Assembly: GCA_963808895.1 (NCBI GenBank)
Contig: CAWEHL010000001.1
Coordinates: 515,560 to 579,559, forward strand
DNA: 64,000 nt
Source: an uncultured Chloroflexia bacterium
GTDB taxonomy: Bacteria; Chloroflexota; Limnocylindria; Limnocylindrales; CSP1-4
Reading direction: 5' to 3'
Part shown: positions 46,853-55,835 of the stretch, piece by piece
Layout: each line of letters starts with the position of its first letter
Position numbering within the stretch: position 1 is the stretch's first letter
Position numbers and translations under genes: made by a program
Notes under the pieces: model-generated
Told to the model about the DNA's origin: nothing
Databases searched by the model: none
Seen by the model: the letters and a program-made list of their open reading frames with translations, nothing else

Positions 46853-46980
46853 GGAGGGAGGGAGGATGGAACCCTAAGGGTTCGTCCGATCGCTACGCTA
46901 CGGCGCCCTGATTGCGGGTCGAGACGGCATCCGATTAAGAAAGCGACACCGATCCATCAGCTGGGCCGGATCGGCATCGC

Positions 46981-48279
46981 GTGTACGATCGGGCCATGGA
47001 TCGACCCCTGATGCGACCGGTCGCGACCGCCGCGATCGTCGCCCTTCTCGCGGCCGCATGCGGCTCGCCCGCCCCGTCGGCCAGTCCCTCCGCGGCGGCC
47101 TCGCCGTCACCGTCCTCGAGCGCCCCGGTCGCCTCTCCGAGCGCGTCGGGCTCTGGGGGCGACGAGGCCGTCTACGCCGCGATCAACGAGCAGGTCCGGG
47201 CGATCCGCGGCCTGCAGGAGAAGACGCCCGTCGAGCCGACCATCGTGTCGCCCGACGAGATGACCCAGGTCCTCAAGGACTCGTTCAGCGAGGACTACCC
47301 GCCCGACCAGGTCGCCGCCGACGAGCAGCTGTACCACGGCCTCGGGCTGCTTCCGAAGGACGACAAGCTGGCCGACCTCTACATCGACCTCCTGTCGAGC
47401 CAGGTGGCCGGCCTGTACGACCCGATCAAGAAGAAGCTGTACGTCGTCTCCAAGCAGGGCGGCATCGGCGCGGTGGAGAAGGTCTACTACTCGCACGAGT
47501 ACGACCATGTCCTGCAGGACCAGAACTTCGACCTCCAGAAGATGCAGGACGGTCTCGATGACAAGACCGACGAGGCCCTCGCCCGTCAGTCGCTGGTGGA
47601 GGGCGACGCCTACCTCACGATGTCGTACTGGTTGCAGCAGAACCTGACACCCGAGGAGATCGGCGAGGTCATCCAGGCTTCGAACGACCCGACCGCGCAG
47701 CAGGCGCTCAACCGGATCCCGGCCATCGTCCAAGCGCAGATCACCTTCTCCGCCATCCAGGGCACCCAATTCGTCACGTCCATGCAGCTGGGCGGTGGCT
47801 GGGAAGCCGTCAACAGCGGGTTCGCCGATCCGCCCACCTCGACCGAGCAGATCCTTCACCCGGAGAAGTACACCGCGCATGAAGCGCCGGTCGCCGTGGA
47901 GCTCCCGGCGGACCTCGCGAAGCGGATGGGGTCGGGCTGGTCGACCGTGATGAGTGACACGATGGGCGAGCACCAGACGGCGATATGGCTCGGCTCCGGG
48001 ACCGTTGCCGCGGCGACGGACGCATCAGCCGGCTGGGGCGGCGACCGGATCACCTACCTGAGCGGCCCGAACGGGGGCTGGGCGATCGCATGGCACACGG
48101 TCTGGGACACCAAGGAGGACGCAGCCGAATTCGACGTGACCGCGAAGACGGCCGTCGAAAAGGCGGGTGGTCCCGGCCAGGTGCTCCCCGGCGCGGGCGG
48201 GACGACCCGGTGGGTCGTCATCGGCAGCGACGACGCCGCGCTCCAGAAGGTGGCGAACGTCCTCGGGCTGGCGGGCTGA
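46981..48279 (+). CDS. Lipoprotein with HExxH zinc-peptidase-like motif
   Basis: Lipobox ALLAAC-GS, Ser/Pro/Ala linker, YYSHEYDHVLQDQNF (HExxH), downstream LVEGDAYL. The start may be ATG 46996 or 47011. Confidence 0.7.
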   Translation: MYDRAMDRPLMRPVATAAIVALLAAACGSPAPSASPSAAASPSPSSSAPVASPSASGSGGDEAVYAAINEQVRAIRGLQEKTPVEPTIVSPDEMTQVLKDSFSEDYPPDQVAADEQLYHGLGLLPKDDKLADLYIDLLSSQVAGLYDPIKKKLYVVSKQGGIGAVEKVYYSHEYDHVLQDQNFDLQKMQDGLDDKTDEALARQSLVEGDAYLTMSYWLQQNLTPEEIGEVIQASNDPTAQQALNRIPAIVQAQITFSAIQGTQFVTSMQLGGGWEAVNSGFADPPTSTEQILHPEKYTAHEAPVAVELPADLAKRMGSGWSTVMSDTMGEHQTAIWLGSGTVAAATDASAGWGGDRITYLSGPNGGWAIAWHTVWDTKEDAAEFDVTAKTAVEKAGGPGQVLPGAGGTTRWVVIGSDDAALQKVANVLGLAG

Positions 48280-48338
48280 CCGCTCCGGGACCCGGCCGCG
48301 AGGCCGCCGGCCGCGGGCCGCAGCGGGCCCGCCGCGAC

Positions 48339-50021
48339 CTACATCGACTCGGGCGCTGAGATCCCGAGCAGCCCGAGCGTCCTCGCGAGCGTGACCTGCG
48401 TCGCCCGGGCGAGGGCGAGGCGTGAGGCCGACCGGCCCGGATCGTCCGGATCGACGACACGGGCGTCGCGATAGAACGCATGGAACGCGGTCGCGAGCTG
48501 CGTCGCATACGTCGTGATGCCGTGGGTCTCTTCCGCGATGACCGCGTCCTCGACGACTTCCGGTAGGCGAACGACCTCCCGCGCGAGGGCGGCCTCCGGG
48601 CCGTCGGCGAGCGTCCCGGCGACCGTCGATGCCGGCTCGAGCCCGACCTCCGTCGCCTTGCGCAGGATCGACGCGATCCTTGCGTGGGCGTACTGCACGT
48701 AGTAGACGGGGTTCTCGTTGGACTGTTTCTTCGCGAGCTCGATGTCGAAGTCGATCGACGACGTGGCCCCGCGCGAGGCGAAGAACCAGCGAGCCGCGTC
48801 GACGCCCACCTCGGCCAGCAGTTCGTCGAGCGTGATGAACTCGCCGGCGCGCTTGGACATCGAGATCTCGACGCCGTCGCGAACGAACCGGACCCAGGAG
48901 TAGAGCAGCATCTGCACCGCGTCGATGTCATAGCCCATCGCCTTCGCGGCATTCCTGACGCGCGCCACCGTCCCGTGGTGGTCGGCTCCCCAGATATAGA
49001 TCAGGTGGTCGAAGCCCCGGCTGAACTTCTCCGTGACGTAGCCGATATCGGCAGCGAAGTAGGTCGGCTGTCCGTTCGAGCGGTAGATGACGCGGTCCTT
49101 GTCGTCGCCGAGGTCGGTGCTCCGGAACCAGATGGCGCCGTCCTGCTCGTAGACGTATCCCCGCTCGCGCAGGCGCTCGACCGCTCGGGCGACCCATCCC
49201 TCCTCGTGGAGGGAGCGCTCCGTCGTCCAGACGTCGAAGTGGACGCCAAGGCGCTCGAGGCTGGCCTCGATGCCGCTGCGCACCTGGGCCGCCGCCCAGC
49301 GGCCGAGGACGTTCGACGTGTCCGCCTCAGGCGACGTCGCCTCCGCCCAGACCTCCGCCGGGACGGCCGACGCGAGGTCGTCGACGTAGTCGCCGCGATA
49401 GCCGTCGTCCGGAACGGGCTCACCGCGTCGGAGCGCCGCCACCGACGCGCCGAGCTGGTCGATCTGCCCACCCGAGTCGTTGAAGTAGTACTCCCGCGTG
49501 ACCTCCTGGCCGCCGGCCTCGAGGACCCGGCTGAGCAGGTCGCCGATGAACGCGCCGCGCGCGTTGCCGATGGTCAGCGGCCCGGTCGGGTTCGCCGACA
49601 CGAACTCGACGTTCACGCGCCGCGCGGAGATCGGCTCGACGCGACCCCATCGGTCGGGGTCGCTCAGGATCCCGTCGACGATCGCCTCGAGGGCGGTCGC
49701 CTTCAGCCGGACGTTGAGGAAGCCCGGCGGCGCCACCTCGGCTGCCTCGACCGGGGAGGCGTTCTGCGCTGAGCTCGCGTCGCGTACGAGCTTCGCGGCA
49801 AGCAGGGTGGCGAGCTCGAGCGGTGGCCGTCGGTACGGGCGTGCGAGCTTCATCGCGAGATTGGTCGAGAAGTCTCCGTGATCCGCGTCGGTCGGTCGCT
49901 CCACCTCGATCGCCGGGCGTGCATCGGCCTCGAGGGCTGCGAGCGAGCCGTCCTCGATCGCGAGCGCCCACGCCCGTTCGACGGCATGGCGTACCTGGGT
50001 GCGCAGAGGGGCCGGGGTCAC
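48339..50021 (-). CDS. argS: Arginine--tRNA ligase
   Basis: C-terminal 560 aa of track ORF 48339..51395. SANPTGPLTIGNARGA, YIWGADHHG, MSKRAGEF. GTG at 50021. Confidence 0.92.
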   Translation of the reverse strand: MTPAPLRTQVRHAVERAWALAIEDGSLAALEADARPAIEVERPTDADHGDFSTNLAMKLARPYRRPPLELATLLAAKLVRDASSAQNASPVEAAEVAPPGFLNVRLKATALEAIVDGILSDPDRWGRVEPISARRVNVEFVSANPTGPLTIGNARGAFIGDLLSRVLEAGGQEVTREYYFNDSGGQIDQLGASVAALRRGEPVPDDGYRGDYVDDLASAVPAEVWAEATSPEADTSNVLGRWAAAQVRSGIEASLERLGVHFDVWTTERSLHEEGWVARAVERLRERGYVYEQDGAIWFRSTDLGDDKDRVIYRSNGQPTYFAADIGYVTEKFSRGFDHLIYIWGADHHGTVARVRNAAKAMGYDIDAVQMLLYSWVRFVRDGVEISMSKRAGEFITLDELLAEVGVDAARWFFASRGATSSIDFDIELAKKQSNENPVYYVQYAHARIASILRKATEVGLEPASTVAGTLADGPEAALAREVVRLPEVVEDAVIAEETHGITTYATQLATAFHAFYRDARVVDPDDPGRSASRLALARATQVTLARTLGLLGISAPESM

Positions 50022-50315
50022 CGCGGCATCGTACCGGCGGAGGCAGGGGGACGTCGGTACCGGTGTGGGTCCTGGGCCGTCGGTCCGGGGGTCCTGGGTG
50101 ACCCTTCGTTGCTGGGCGTCAACGAAATCATGGCCGCCTGGGCGGTGGTGGTGGGACTGGTGTAGTCGCCGGTCGCCAGAGGTACTAGACCGGCCAGTAC
50201 CCGCGTGTGAATATCCGGCCCTCGTTCGGTGCACGGACACCCCGACAGGGGACAAGCGGCCGAAACGGGGGGACCACTCAACCAGAGGCTTCGGCCTCAG
50301 CTCGGGGACCGTCAC

Positions 50316-51125
50316 ATGTCGAGAACTCATTCCGGCGCACGATCGCGCCTCGCCCGCCGCCTGTCGTGGCTGGGCGTCGTCTCCATGATCGCGGTGGCGT
50401 TGCTCGCCCCGTCGACCTCGCCCGCGCTCGCGGCTGCGCCTGGCAACAACGCCACGGTGAAGATCGAGGATTCGGTCAACCCGAAGCCCGAGCCCGCGAA
50501 CGATCCGCACGTCTGCCAGTTCGACATCAAGTTCTACTTCGCGGACCCCGGGCAGGCCGGTGACTGGCACATCCAGTCGTGGCCTCCGACGGGCGACAAG
50601 ACGACCGTCCTCGAGGGGACGTACGACACCAACAGCCAGGGCTTCGATCGTCAGCCGACGAGCGGCTACTACTCGCTGCCGGACGGCCACTACAAGCTGT
50701 TCTGGAAGGGCGACGAGGAGAAGCTCTGGAAGCACAAGGTCTTCTGGGTCGAGTGCCAGCCGGCGCCGACCGAGACGCCCAAGCCCACCGAGACGGTGAA
50801 GCCGACCGAGACGCCCACGCCGACCGAGACGCCCAAGCCGACGAAGACGCCGTGCCCGCCCTCGGAGACGCCCAAGCCGACCGAAAAGCCCAAGCCGACC
50901 GAGACGACGCGGGTCGATCCCACGCCGAAGCCCACCGGTGACGTCGGGCCCTCGAGCGGAAAGACCAACCCGCCGCACGCGACCCTGCCCCCGACGGACA
51001 CGCTCGACGGTGCCTCCTCGGCGCCGGCGAGCGACAGCTGGCGGATCATCCTCCTCGCGATGGCCGGTCTGCTGACCGCCGCCCTGATGCTGACTCCGGC
51101 CCGCGCGGCCCGGAAGCAGGACTAG
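50316..51125 (+). CDS. Secreted protein: signal peptide, ~110-aa domain, Pro-Thr-Glu-Lys linker, C-terminal TLPxT..DxWR-TM-basic tail
   Basis: MSRTHSGARSRLARRLSWLGVVSMIAVALLAP..ALA-AAPG, HVCQFDIKFYF, KHKVFWVEC, PTETPKPTE repeats, TLPPTDTLDG..SDSWRIILLAMAGLLTAALMLTPARAARKQD. Confidence 0.8.
   Translation: MSRTHSGARSRLARRLSWLGVVSMIAVALLAPSTSPALAAAPGNNATVKIEDSVNPKPEPANDPHVCQFDIKFYFADPGQAGDWHIQSWPPTGDKTTVLEGTYDTNSQGFDRQPTSGYYSLPDGHYKLFWKGDEEKLWKHKVFWVECQPAPTETPKPTETVKPTETPTPTETPKPTKTPCPPSETPKPTEKPKPTETTRVDPTPKPTGDVGPSSGKTNPPHATLPPTDTLDGASSAPASDSWRIILLAMAGLLTAALMLTPARAARKQD
50764..50908 (+). repeat. Coding tandem repeats (about 18-nt units, PTETPK-type linker)
   Basis: ccgaccgagacgcccaag-like units are reiterated about 7 times. 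Confidence 0.8.
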
Positions 51126-51159
51126 CGTTCGCCGACCCGAGCGCCCGATAGCCTCGGTA

Positions 51160-51207
51160 TCCGAGCAGCCGACGACCGCCGCCCTCACCCGGCGGCGGTC
51201 GTCGTCC
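51160..51207 (+). repeat. 48-nt hairpin module, copy 1 (also a terminator candidate for 50316..51125)
   Basis: TCCGAGCAGCC + 13-bp stem GACGACCGCCGCC/GGCGGCGGTCGTC + GTCC, 35 nt after the stop. Confidence 0.7.
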
Positions 51208-51307
51208 ATCCGATTTCCCAGCTCGTGACGCGATCGTCGTGATCGCACCCCTGCGACCGCGCAGGAACGCCAGCGCTCGATGACCCGGAGTGTCCGAGCC
51301 GCTCTGG

Positions 51308-51354
51308 TCCGAGCAGCCGACGACCGTCGCCCTTCCCGGCGGCGGTCGTCGTCC
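51308..51354 (+). repeat. 47-nt hairpin module, copy 2
   Basis: Same flank TCCGAGCAGCC and same stem, with one substitution (a G-U pair in RNA) and a loop 1 nt shorter. Confidence 0.7.
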
Positions 51355-51547
51355 GTCTGCCAGGTGCACGAAATCGGTGCGTGACGGCACCGCAAGTGTC
51401 AACGGTTTGACGCTCGCGGTGACCCGAAAGTACTAGACGTGGACCCGGGACCATGGGACCATGCGCGGCCTCGGCTCCACGAGTGGGGGCTCTAGGCCGA
51501 GCCGTCATGCCCGAGGCGCACGCCTCACCTCTTGGGGACCGTATCGA

Positions 51548-52459
51548 ATGACTGCCCAAAAGCGTTCTCGAGCGAGCCGACGACTCGGCTGGCTCGTCGT
51601 CGTCGGTCTCGCGTTGTCCGCGCTCCTCTGGCCGGCGACCGCGGTCGCAGCGACCGGCGCGATCTGGACGTCGCTCTCGAATGGCGCGACGGTGAACGCG
51701 AACATCTATGACGCGAAATCAGACGTCTACCTGAACGGCGGACCGCAGAACTGCGGCAACGGTGGCGGCCTGCCCGACGGCCTGTACTACTTCCAGGTGA
51801 CGGATCCGAGCGGTGCGACGCTCCTCTCGAGCGATGCGCTCAAGTTCCGGATGGTCAGCGTGAGCGGCGGCGTCATCGCCGGTACCGGCGGCACGGGCAA
51901 CCACAACGAGGGCACGGGTGGCTGCAACGGTGGTACGCCGGTCCAGCTGATGCCGTACGACGACACGCCGAACAACGGTGGCGAGTACAGCGTGGACATG
52001 GCGCCCCAGGCGGACGTGGAGGACTGCGCCGGCTTCAGTGCGAATTCGACGTCATTCAACTTCCTTGACTGCACCACTTCGAAGAACGACAACTTCAAGG
52101 TGAAGCTCGCGGCGACGCCGACCCCGACGCCGGCACCGACCGCGACACCCACCCCGGCACCGACCGCGACTCCGACCCCGGCACCGACCGCGACTCCGAC
52201 CCCCGCACCGACCGGCAGCGTCGAGCCGACGCAGACCGTGAATCCGACCGCGACGCCGGCACCGACCGGGAGCGTCGAGGCCGCGACGGCGACGCCCGCT
52301 CGGACCTTGCCCTCGACGAGCACGATCGACGGGTCGGGCAACGGCCCGATGAACGATGGTTGGCGCGTCGTCCTGCTCGCGCTGGCGGGCGTCCTCGCGA
52401 CCGCACTGCTGCTGACGCCGGCGACGGCCGTGATCCGAAAGGACGATCGGCGCCGCTGA
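51548..52459 (+). CDS. Secreted protein, paralogous in architecture to 50316..51125
   Basis: MTAQKRSRASRRLGWLVVVGLALSALLWP..AVA-ATG, GLPDGLYYFQVTDPSGATLL, TPTPAPTA x4 linker, TLPSTSTIDG..NDGWRVVLLALAGVLATALLLTPATAVIRKDDRRR. Confidence 0.8.
   Translation: MTAQKRSRASRRLGWLVVVGLALSALLWPATAVAATGAIWTSLSNGATVNANIYDAKSDVYLNGGPQNCGNGGGLPDGLYYFQVTDPSGATLLSSDALKFRMVSVSGGVIAGTGGTGNHNEGTGGCNGGTPVQLMPYDDTPNNGGEYSVDMAPQADVEDCAGFSANSTSFNFLDCTTSKNDNFKVKLAATPTPTPAPTATPTPAPTATPTPAPTATPTPAPTGSVEPTQTVNPTATPAPTGSVEAATATPARTLPSTSTIDGSGNGPMNDGWRVVLLALAGVLATALLLTPATAVIRKDDRRR
52111..52214 (+). repeat. Coding tandem repeats (24-nt units, TPTPAPTA linker)
   Basis: About four near-identical 24-nt units. Confidence 0.8.
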
Positions 52460-52578
52460 CCGTCAGGCGAACATAGGGGTCCCCGAGACCCGGGCGGAGC
52501 GCCGCGCTGTCCGTGTGGTGCTCCGCCCACGTCTCCCGCGCTGGAACGGGATAGGCGCTCGGCCGCGGGCCGAGCGGG

Positions 52579-53361
52579 TCAGATCGTGAAGGTCGACCCC
52601 GGATGCACGAGCTCGACGGGGCCGTCGTAGACGGCACGCACGGACGCGACCGTCGCGTCCGGGTCGAAGCCCATCTGGAGATGCGTCAGGAGCACCCGGC
52701 CGACGCCTGATCGCGCGGCGAGATCGCCGACGGCGGGACCGTCGAGATGGAGGGCGTCAGCGGCGACCGGGCCGGGTCCGAACGACACTTCCGAGAGGAG
52801 CCAGTCCCCGGGCACGACCAGCGGCTGGAGGTCGCTCGCTCGACCGCAATCCCCCGAATAGACGAGACCTGGGCCGTCCCCGACCGAGACGCGGAACGCG
52901 TGGCTATCGGCCGTATGGGTCACACGGATCGCCCTGATGTGGAATGGCCCGACCGTGATCTCGCTCGGGATCGGTTCGACGTCGAGCGTCGCCGCGGTGA
53001 ACCCGGGCTCGTCATGGAGTGCGTCGATGCGCCCGGCCAGGCCGGTCGGCGCGACCACACGAACGTGGCGTTCGGGGTCGAATTGCCAGCGCAGGTAATG
53101 ACGCATCGCGACGAGGTCGATGAAATGGTCGGGATGCAGGTGGCTGATGAATACGGCATCGACCGTGCTCGGTTCGAGGGTCGCGGCGAGTCTCGGAAAG
53201 GACCCCTGGCCGAGATCGAGGACGATCGCCGTCGAGTCGGCACGGAGCAGGTAGGAGGCGCCGGCGGCCCCGAGTCGATCGGTGTAGGCCGGTCCGGCCC
53301 CGAGCACGTCGAGACTCATCTGCGCGGACGTGACGGCATCCACGCCGTGAGCGTAGCCCAC
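52579..53361 (-). CDS. MBL-fold metallo-hydrolase
   Basis: FISHLHPDHFIDL (HxHxDH), YSGDCG, LLTHL. The start may be at MSLDVLG (53319). Confidence 0.8.
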   Translation of the reverse strand: MGYAHGVDAVTSAQMSLDVLGAGPAYTDRLGAAGASYLLRADSTAIVLDLGQGSFPRLAATLEPSTVDAVFISHLHPDHFIDLVAMRHYLRWQFDPERHVRVVAPTGLAGRIDALHDEPGFTAATLDVEPIPSEITVGPFHIRAIRVTHTADSHAFRVSVGDGPGLVYSGDCGRASDLQPLVVPGDWLLSEVSFGPGPVAADALHLDGPAVGDLAARSGVGRVLLTHLQMGFDPDATVASVRAVYDGPVELVHPGSTFTI

Positions 53362-53375
53362 CCGGGCGTCGGGTT

Positions 53376-54348
53376 TCAGTCCTGTCGGTCGGGTGGACCG
53401 CCAGGGGACTGGTCGTTCGGCTTCGGCGTCTTCGTCGGCTTGGGAGTCGGGGCCGGGTGCTCGGTCGCCGCCGGCTTGCCCGTGGCCTCGGGCCGCTCTG
53501 GAGCCGCCTTGGTCGGCTTCGGCGTGGCCTGCTGACCGTTCGCCCCGGCGCCAGCTGCGCCGCCATCGCCAGCCTGCGAGCCGCCGCCGTTGCCGCCCTG
53601 GTCGCTACCTGTCGGGCCGTGGCCAGCGGCGCCACCGGCCGGGCTCGGCCGATCGACCGCACCCACGGTGTCGATCGCCCCCGCACTCCGTGCGATCGCG
53701 CGCGCGACAGCGCCGCTGATGGCTGCCGCCGCGCGTGGCGGCACGTGACCGACCAGCGCTTCGAGCACCTCGACGTTGCGTCCGAGGCCGGTCTCGAGCG
53801 CTGCGGCGGCCACGGGATCGCCAGCGGCGAGAACGTCTTTGGACGCCTCGATCATGATCCGCTCGTACGCCCCGAGCGCAGCGGCCGCCGCAGCGTCATC
53901 GCCGTTTCGAGCCGCGGCCTCGGCCTCCCGGAGCCGGTCCGCCAGGCGATCCAGTTCGGCGACCGCACGGGCGGAGGGATCGGACGGCAACGACGCGTCC
54001 TCGATCCACAGTCGCGCCTCGTACAAGGCTCCACCAGGACCCGATGACGCCGCCGCCGCACCGACCATCGCGCCGACGAGGATGGCCGCCGCGATGAGTG
54101 CGACAGCGGCTCGCCGGCCGCCACGACGCCCTCGTTCGATCGACGCGCGGGAGGCGATGTCCGGAACGATGGTCAGCGCCGCGTCCGCTCGCGCCAGATC
54201 CGCGCGTCGGTGGGCATGCGCGAGAACGCGTGCCCGCATCCGTGACGTCGCCGTGAGCTCGGGCGTCAGGCGAACGTCGGCGTACGCCTCGAGGCGTCGC
54301 CGAAGACGTACATCCCCCGCCGTCGAGATCGATCATGTCGTTGCTCAT
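53376..54348 (-). pseudogene. Anti-sigma-factor-like membrane protein (DUF5667-like) with Pro-Thr-Lys tail; one extra base in a G5 run near 54314
   Basis: MSNDMIDLDGG then DVRLRRRLEAYADVRLTPE...RMRARVLAHA in the next frame. TM AAVALIAAAILVGAMVGAAAA. The span is 973 nt (1 mod 3). ATGA overlap with the sigma gene. Confidence 0.6.
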
Positions 54349-54987
54349 CGACCGATCCGTCCATCGTTCGCGGCGTCGTCGCCGCGTTCGGTGTCGGGCT
54401 CGTCGATCCGGAGCTGCCGCCGCAAGCGCGGCGATCGCCCGGAACTGGAGCCCGCGGATCGTCCCTTCCTGCTTGCCCATCACCTCGGCGGCTTCGCGGG
54501 CCGACAGGCCGGCGAAGAAGCGCAGCGCGATGGCGTCTCGTTGTTCGTCCGTCAGCGCCGCGAGCGCGGCCGCGACCTCGTCGAGCTCCTGGCGCGCGAC
54601 CGTGACCTCGTCCGGGCCTGCATCGGCGCCGGGCTGGTCGACTGGCCGACGTCGAGGTCGACGTGGTCGTGCCGCGTCCGGACGTGATCGATGACCGCGT
54701 TCCTGGCCAGCCGGAAGAGCCAGCCCCCGAACGGGATGCCCCGCGCCTCGTAGCGCGGCAGCGCTTCCAGGGCCTTGACGAAGACGAGCTGCGTCAGGTC
54801 CTCCGCGTCCGACGGGCGGTGGACGCGGCTGGCGATGTAGCGATAGACCGGCAGGTGGTAGTGATCGAACAGGAGTCCGAACGCCCAGGCGTCCCCCGAC
54901 TCGGGCCTCCTGCACCAGCCGCTCGATCGCGGCGTCGTCGAGGGTCACAACGAACGTCCCGCCGACCGCGTTAGGCGTGGTGGCCAT
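54345..54987 (-). pseudogene. ECF (group 4) sigma-70 factor; at least 3 frame disruptions as assembled
   Basis: Region 2 DAWAFGLLFDHYHLPVYRYIASRV...DLTQLVFVKALEAL...GWLFRLARNAVIDH lies in one frame. Region 4 LTDEQRDAIALRFFAGLSAREAAEVMGKQEGTIRGLQFRAI lies in another. Confidence 0.7.
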
Positions 54988-55813
54988 CGGCACCACCACC
55001 GAGTCGTCGCCTCGCCGGAAGGTGAGTCGGCTCGAAACCGGCGGCTGCCGCGACCCGGTAGCCGTCGTCGAGCGCCCACGCGAAGGTGTCGGCGCGGTGC
55101 GCATCGGAGCCGATCGTGATCCGCTCGCCGCCGAGCTCCCGGAAGCGCGCCACGATACGGGCGGGCGGGTAGATCTCCCTGGCCTCCTGGCGGAGCCCGC
55201 TCGTGTTGATCTCGAGCGCCGTGCCGGTCTCGACCAGGGCGTGGAGCAGCGGCTCGTACAGCTCCGGCGCCGCGGCGAGGTCGGCGGCGGTCACGTGCGG
55301 CGCCAGGTAGCGCTTGACGACGTCGAGATGGCCGATCGCATCGAACAGGCCGGCTGCGGATCGCCCGTCCGACCTCTGCGAAGTACGGCTCCACGACCTC
55401 GCTGAGCGACCGTCCGGCGACCCAGTCGCGACGTTCGACGCCTCGTACGGCGAGCCGCGATAGACGTGGACCGACCCGATCGTGAAGTCGTAGGCGTGAT
55501 CGCGCAGGTGGTCGCGGATATCGTCGGCCCACCGACGATCCCAGGTGATCTCGACACCGAACCGGATGGCCAGGCCGCGATCGGCCCAGCGCTCGGCCGC
55601 TTCCCGGACGATGCGCTCGCGATCGGCGAACGACACGTACCGATACGCCGGCGCGCCGGGCTCGAAGTCGACGTGGTCGGTGATCGCGATCTCGGGGATG
55701 CCGCGCTCGACGGCCTGCGACGCGAAGACGTCGATCGGCACCTCGCTGTCGGGCGACAGGTCGGTGTGCAGATGCGCATCGAGCGGCAGGTCGCGCGCCT
55801 GGCGATCGCTCAT
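54971..55813 (-). pseudogene. PHP-domain histidinol-phosphatase family protein; internal and C-terminal frame disruptions
   Basis: LDAHLHTDLSPDS, EIAITDHVDF, GSVHV. DWVAGRSLSEVVEPYFAEV lies in another frame, then FDAIGHLDVVKRY and ITIGSDAH. The 3' end is unresolved. Confidence 0.65.
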
Positions 55814-55835
55814 CGCCCTTCCCCCGGCGGCTGGC

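Noticed and set aside
50990-51125. Classical sortase LPXTG anchor in the two secreted proteins (LPPTD, LPSTS).
   Set aside because: The fifth position is not Gly. About 15 residues separate the motif from the TM helix. No sortase gene is nearby. It is reported instead as an unassigned C-terminal signal.
51212-51330. Small plus-strand ORF (34 codons from ATG 51281) between the two hairpin repeats.
   Set aside because: It has no SD, an Arg/Ser-rich translation, and reads straight through the second hairpin module. It is most likely non-coding.
50764-52214. Short direct DNA repeats (18-nt and 24-nt units) that could be mistaken for a CRISPR array or VNTR locus.
   Set aside because: The units are contiguous with no spacers, lie inside ORFs and encode Pro-Thr linkers (PTETPK, TPTPAPTA). 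No cas genes are present.
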